DNA from: Tissierellia bacterium
GTDB lineage: Bacteria > Bacillota > Clostridia > Tissierellales > Tepidimicrobiaceae
Assembly: GCA_012798935.1 (NCBI GenBank)
Contig: JAAZMG010000095.1
Coordinates: 1 to 48,585 of the forward strand
Direction of reading: 5' to 3'
DNA length: 48,585 nt
The notes beneath the pieces were generated by a model. That model did not search any database, was not told the DNA's origin, and worked only from the letters and a program-made list of their open reading frames with translations. This document shows positions 46,471-48,585 of the stretch, piece after piece. The position numbers were made by a program, and so were the translations under genes. How positions within the stretch are numbered: the first letter of the stretch is position 1; every line of letters starts with the position of its first letter.

Positions 46471-47568
46471 TTATTTTTCAAATCCTTTCAATATTTTTTT
46501 TATAACACCCAATCTGTTTATACTTTCTTTAGCTACAAGTTTCTCTTCATGAATTAATTTTCCCTCTAAATAGACAGTCACAGTACCTATAAAATCACCT
46601 TTTTTTATAGGCGCTTCTACTACATCAGGCAAATTTATATAAAGTTTAACCTTTTCTAATTCTTCTTCTTTTAAAGGGTATGAAAAAGATTCTTTAGTAA
46701 CTACAGGAATATAGTCTTTTATCCCATTGTTTATAAGAATTTTATTGAAGTACTGCCCTTTATCAAATATTACATAAGTATTAAAATTATCAAACCCATA
46801 ATCCATCAGCCTATAACAATCCTCAAACCAGTTTCTATCATTCAACACTACTGATATTAGTTGAGTACCAGCTCTTGTAGCGCTTGATACCAAACACCTT
46901 CCCGCTCTTTTAGTATAGCCGATTTTTACTCCATCTCCCCCTTCATATTCCCATAGAGTCTTATTTTTATTATAGAATACATTATTTTTATCTCTATTAG
47001 CCTTCCATAGTTTTGTTTCTGCTATATCTTTAAATTCTTCTATTTTCATAGCCTCTCTTGTAATTAGAGCTAAATCATAAGCTGTAGAGTAGTGATTATC
47101 ATCATGAAGACCATGGGGATTAATAAAATTAGTATTATTGACACCAATTTCCTTGGCCTTTTTATTCATCATTTTTATAAACTCTTCTAAATTTCCTCCA
47201 ATATAGTTTGCTATTGCCACAGCCGAATCATTCCCAGATCTTAACATTAAACCATATAATAGATCTTCCAAAGTAATCAATTCATTTTCATATAGATATA
47301 TACTGGATCCTTCTATTCCTACTGCTTCTTTCTTAATTTTAACTTTATCCTTTAATTGACCATTCTCTAAAGATATCAATGCAGTCATTATCTTTGTAGT
47401 ACTTGCCATTGGTAACTTTATATGAGGATTATATTGTAAAAGTACTCTTCCAGACTGAGCATCTATAAGTATACCACTTTCTGCATCTATAACTGGCTTT
47501 TCACAAAATGAATACCTAATTGTAAATAACACTATAAATAAGATGATTAAGAGTGTCTTTTTTCTCAA
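46471..47568 (-). CDS. dacB: D-alanyl-D-alanine carboxypeptidase (sporulation-type DacB)
   Basis: GGGAGGGG 5 nt before TTG 47568 (LRKKTLLIILFIV signal peptide). SxxK ASTTKIM, SxN RSGND, KxG KIGYT. Confidence 0.88.
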   Translation of the reverse strand: MRKKTLLIILFIVLFTIRYSFCEKPVIDAESGILIDAQSGRVLLQYNPHIKLPMASTTKIMTALISLENGQLKDKVKIKKEAVGIEGSSIYLYENELITLEDLLYGLMLRSGNDSAVAIANYIGGNLEEFIKMMNKKAKEIGVNNTNFINPHGLHDDNHYSTAYDLALITREAMKIEEFKDIAETKLWKANRDKNNVFYNKNKTLWEYEGGDGVKIGYTKRAGRCLVSSATRAGTQLISVVLNDRNWFEDCYRLMDYGFDNFNTYVIFDKGQYFNKILINNGIKDYIPVVTKESFSYPLKEEELEKVKLYINLPDVVEAPIKKGDFIGTVTVYLEGKLIHEEKLVAKESINRLGVIKKILKGFEK

Positions 47569-47618
47569 ATATACCCCTCCCTTTATATAAAGCAATAGAA
47601 GCAGAATGTTTCTGCTTC

Positions 47619-48077
47619 TTAATGAATGGACCCATCTTTATTCTCAATATTTGTAGATTTGTTTTTATCTGTTTTATCTTTACTTATAGCTTCTTGTATA
47701 TTGTCAGTTATTTTTCCCATAAAATCAAACAAGCTGCTTAATGCAGTGTTTCCTTCATCTACAGTTAATAGCTTAATTTGATTATTACCTACTACTATAA
47801 AACCAACAGGTTGCACTGAAATCCCTGCACCACTTCCTCCACCAAAGGGCAATTTCTCATTAGAGTCAATGCTATCCTTATTACTTTTTATCTCACTAAA
47901 TTCAGTGCCTCCAGATGCAAAGCCAAAACATATCTTTGACACTGGAATTATTACTAATCCATCTGGTGATTGTACTGGATCTCCAATTATAGTATTTACA
48001 TCTACCATTTCTTTTAAACTATTCATTGTAGTTTTCATTAACCCTTCTATTGGATGTTCTGTCAACTTCTTCACCAC
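47619..48077 (-). CDS. ytfJ: Sporulation protein YtfJ (GerW family)
   Basis: HPIEGLMKTTMNSLKEMVDVNTIIGDPV...PFGGGSGAGISVQPVGFIVV. Exact start uncertain (GTG 48077 or TTG 48065). Confidence 0.85.
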   Translation of the reverse strand: MVKKLTEHPIEGLMKTTMNSLKEMVDVNTIIGDPVQSPDGLVIIPVSKICFGFASGGTEFSEIKSNKDSIDSNEKLPFGGGSGAGISVQPVGFIVVGNNQIKLLTVDEGNTALSSLFDFMGKITDNIQEAISKDKTDKNKSTNIENKDGSIH

Positions 48078-48585
48078 CTTTATATAGTTTTAAAAACCAA
48101 ATCCATACAATTATAATATAAACCATTCTTATTTTTATTATGCAATTAAATCTAATATCCAATTGATTTTCATTGAATATAGGTATTACATCTATATCAA
48201 TAGATTTTATTTCTTTACTTCTTAATATTAAACTAATAAGAATAGATTTAAAACCCCATACAGTACCATAGACAATGCCAACTAAAGCAGCATCGGTAAA
48301 ACCAATCTTAGTACTCCAATTAATTTGTTTAAAGACAGATTTGTCCCAAATATAATTAATCAATTTCCTATACCTTAAATTTTTAATAATTAGTTTTGAA
48401 TCTCTGTTTTTTTTAAATTTCCTATACCTTTTCTTATCAAAAGGGTAAAGCTCAGGCTTAAATAGATTAAATAGATAGGATGTAGAAATGTTTAATTTGT
48501 TAGAACCATTGTTATATACAAATTTAATCTCAAATTTTACAGACAAAAATAATAGCAAAACAAGAATAGAAGGTACAGAAATTAA
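48019..48585 (-). CDS. ytfI: YtfI-like sporulation protein (DUF2953-like), 5' end beyond window
   Basis: Frame stays open to nt 48585 (LISVPSILV precedes the track start). Membrane N-terminus and basic middle region. ytfI-ytfJ pairing as in Bacillus. Confidence 0.65.
   Translation of the reverse strand, partial: LISVPSILVLLLFLSVKFEIKFVYNNGSNKLNISTSYLFNLFKPELYPFDKKRYRKFKKNRDSKLIIKNLRYRKLINYIWDKSVFKQINWSTKIGFTDAALVGIVYGTVWGFKSILISLILRSKEIKSIDIDVIPIFNENQLDIRFNCIIKIRMVYIIIVWIWFLKLYKGGEEVDRTSNRRVNENYNE

Noticed and set aside
822-48087. The many track ORFs lying antisense inside larger genes. Examples: 822..1358-, 2177..2392-, 2786..2977-, 5645..5845-, 5952..6158-, 10165..10380-, 13517..13801-, 13925..14134-, 18212..18421-, 18880..19080+, 22703..22888+, 26147..26341+, 26470..26766+, 29660..29965+, 30157..30558+, 30565..30789+, 30871..31236+, 32351..32656+, 32511..32702+, 33197..33499+, 34286..34516+, 34914..35432+, 35953..36153+, 37192..37404+, 38443..38637+, 39210..39419+, 41404..41595+, 41806..42072+, 43804..44157+, 44848..45066+, 45412..45648+, 47553..47741+, 47869..48087+.
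   Set aside because: Each is embedded opposite a gene with strong family motifs. The translations are F/L/S/I-rich low-complexity sequence, as expected from reading AT-rich coding DNA backwards. I saw no Shine-Dalgarno before any of them.

Overview
AT-rich (roughly 70% A+T by eye) chromosomal segment of an endospore-forming Firmicute (class Clostridia), almost entirely core genes. Left part (1..18389, 18 of 19 genes on +): ftsK (5' partial), rimO, pgsA, cinA and recA. Next is a four-gene Mre11/SbcD-like nuclease plus split Rad50/SbcC-like ATPase module wedged between recA and rny. Then rny, two tandem spoVS copies, a PHP phosphoesterase, a PadR regulator, aspartate aminotransferase, a ThiF-like E1, a Xer-type tyrosine recombinase and a divergent SOS pair (LysM YneA-like gene / lexA). 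Right part (18423..48585, all 32 genes on -): ynbB-like PLP enzyme, hfq, miaA, mutL, mutS, miaB, a 48-codon six-cysteine gene missing from the ORF track, a MerR regulator, and cheR plus three M42 aminopeptidase paralogs. These are followed by the ispH-S1 fusion, plsC, cmk, aroH, an HI0933 flavoprotein, a histidine phosphatase, an RpiR regulator, a four-subunit 2-oxoacid:ferredoxin oxidoreductase, a YtqB/MnmM-like methyltransferase, a GNAT, rluB, an uncharacterised FAD oxidoreductase / PyrK-like pair, dacB, ytfJ and ytfI (5' partial). I recognised no rRNA, tRNA, CRISPR array, IS element or prophage genes. Most noteworthy: (1) the recA-linked nuclease/ATPase module whose SMC-like ATPase is broken at the CxxC hook into separate polypeptides; (2) the free-standing six-Cys micro-gene with its own promoter and terminator; (3) a dif-like palindrome, a Xer gene and a complete gene-orientation switch, suggesting the replication terminus region; (4) rny lacking any canonical start codon (probable AUU start); (5) a uniquely cysteine-rich PyrK-like/FAD oxidoreductase pair next to dacB. 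All calls rest on motif recognition by eye; no searches were run.
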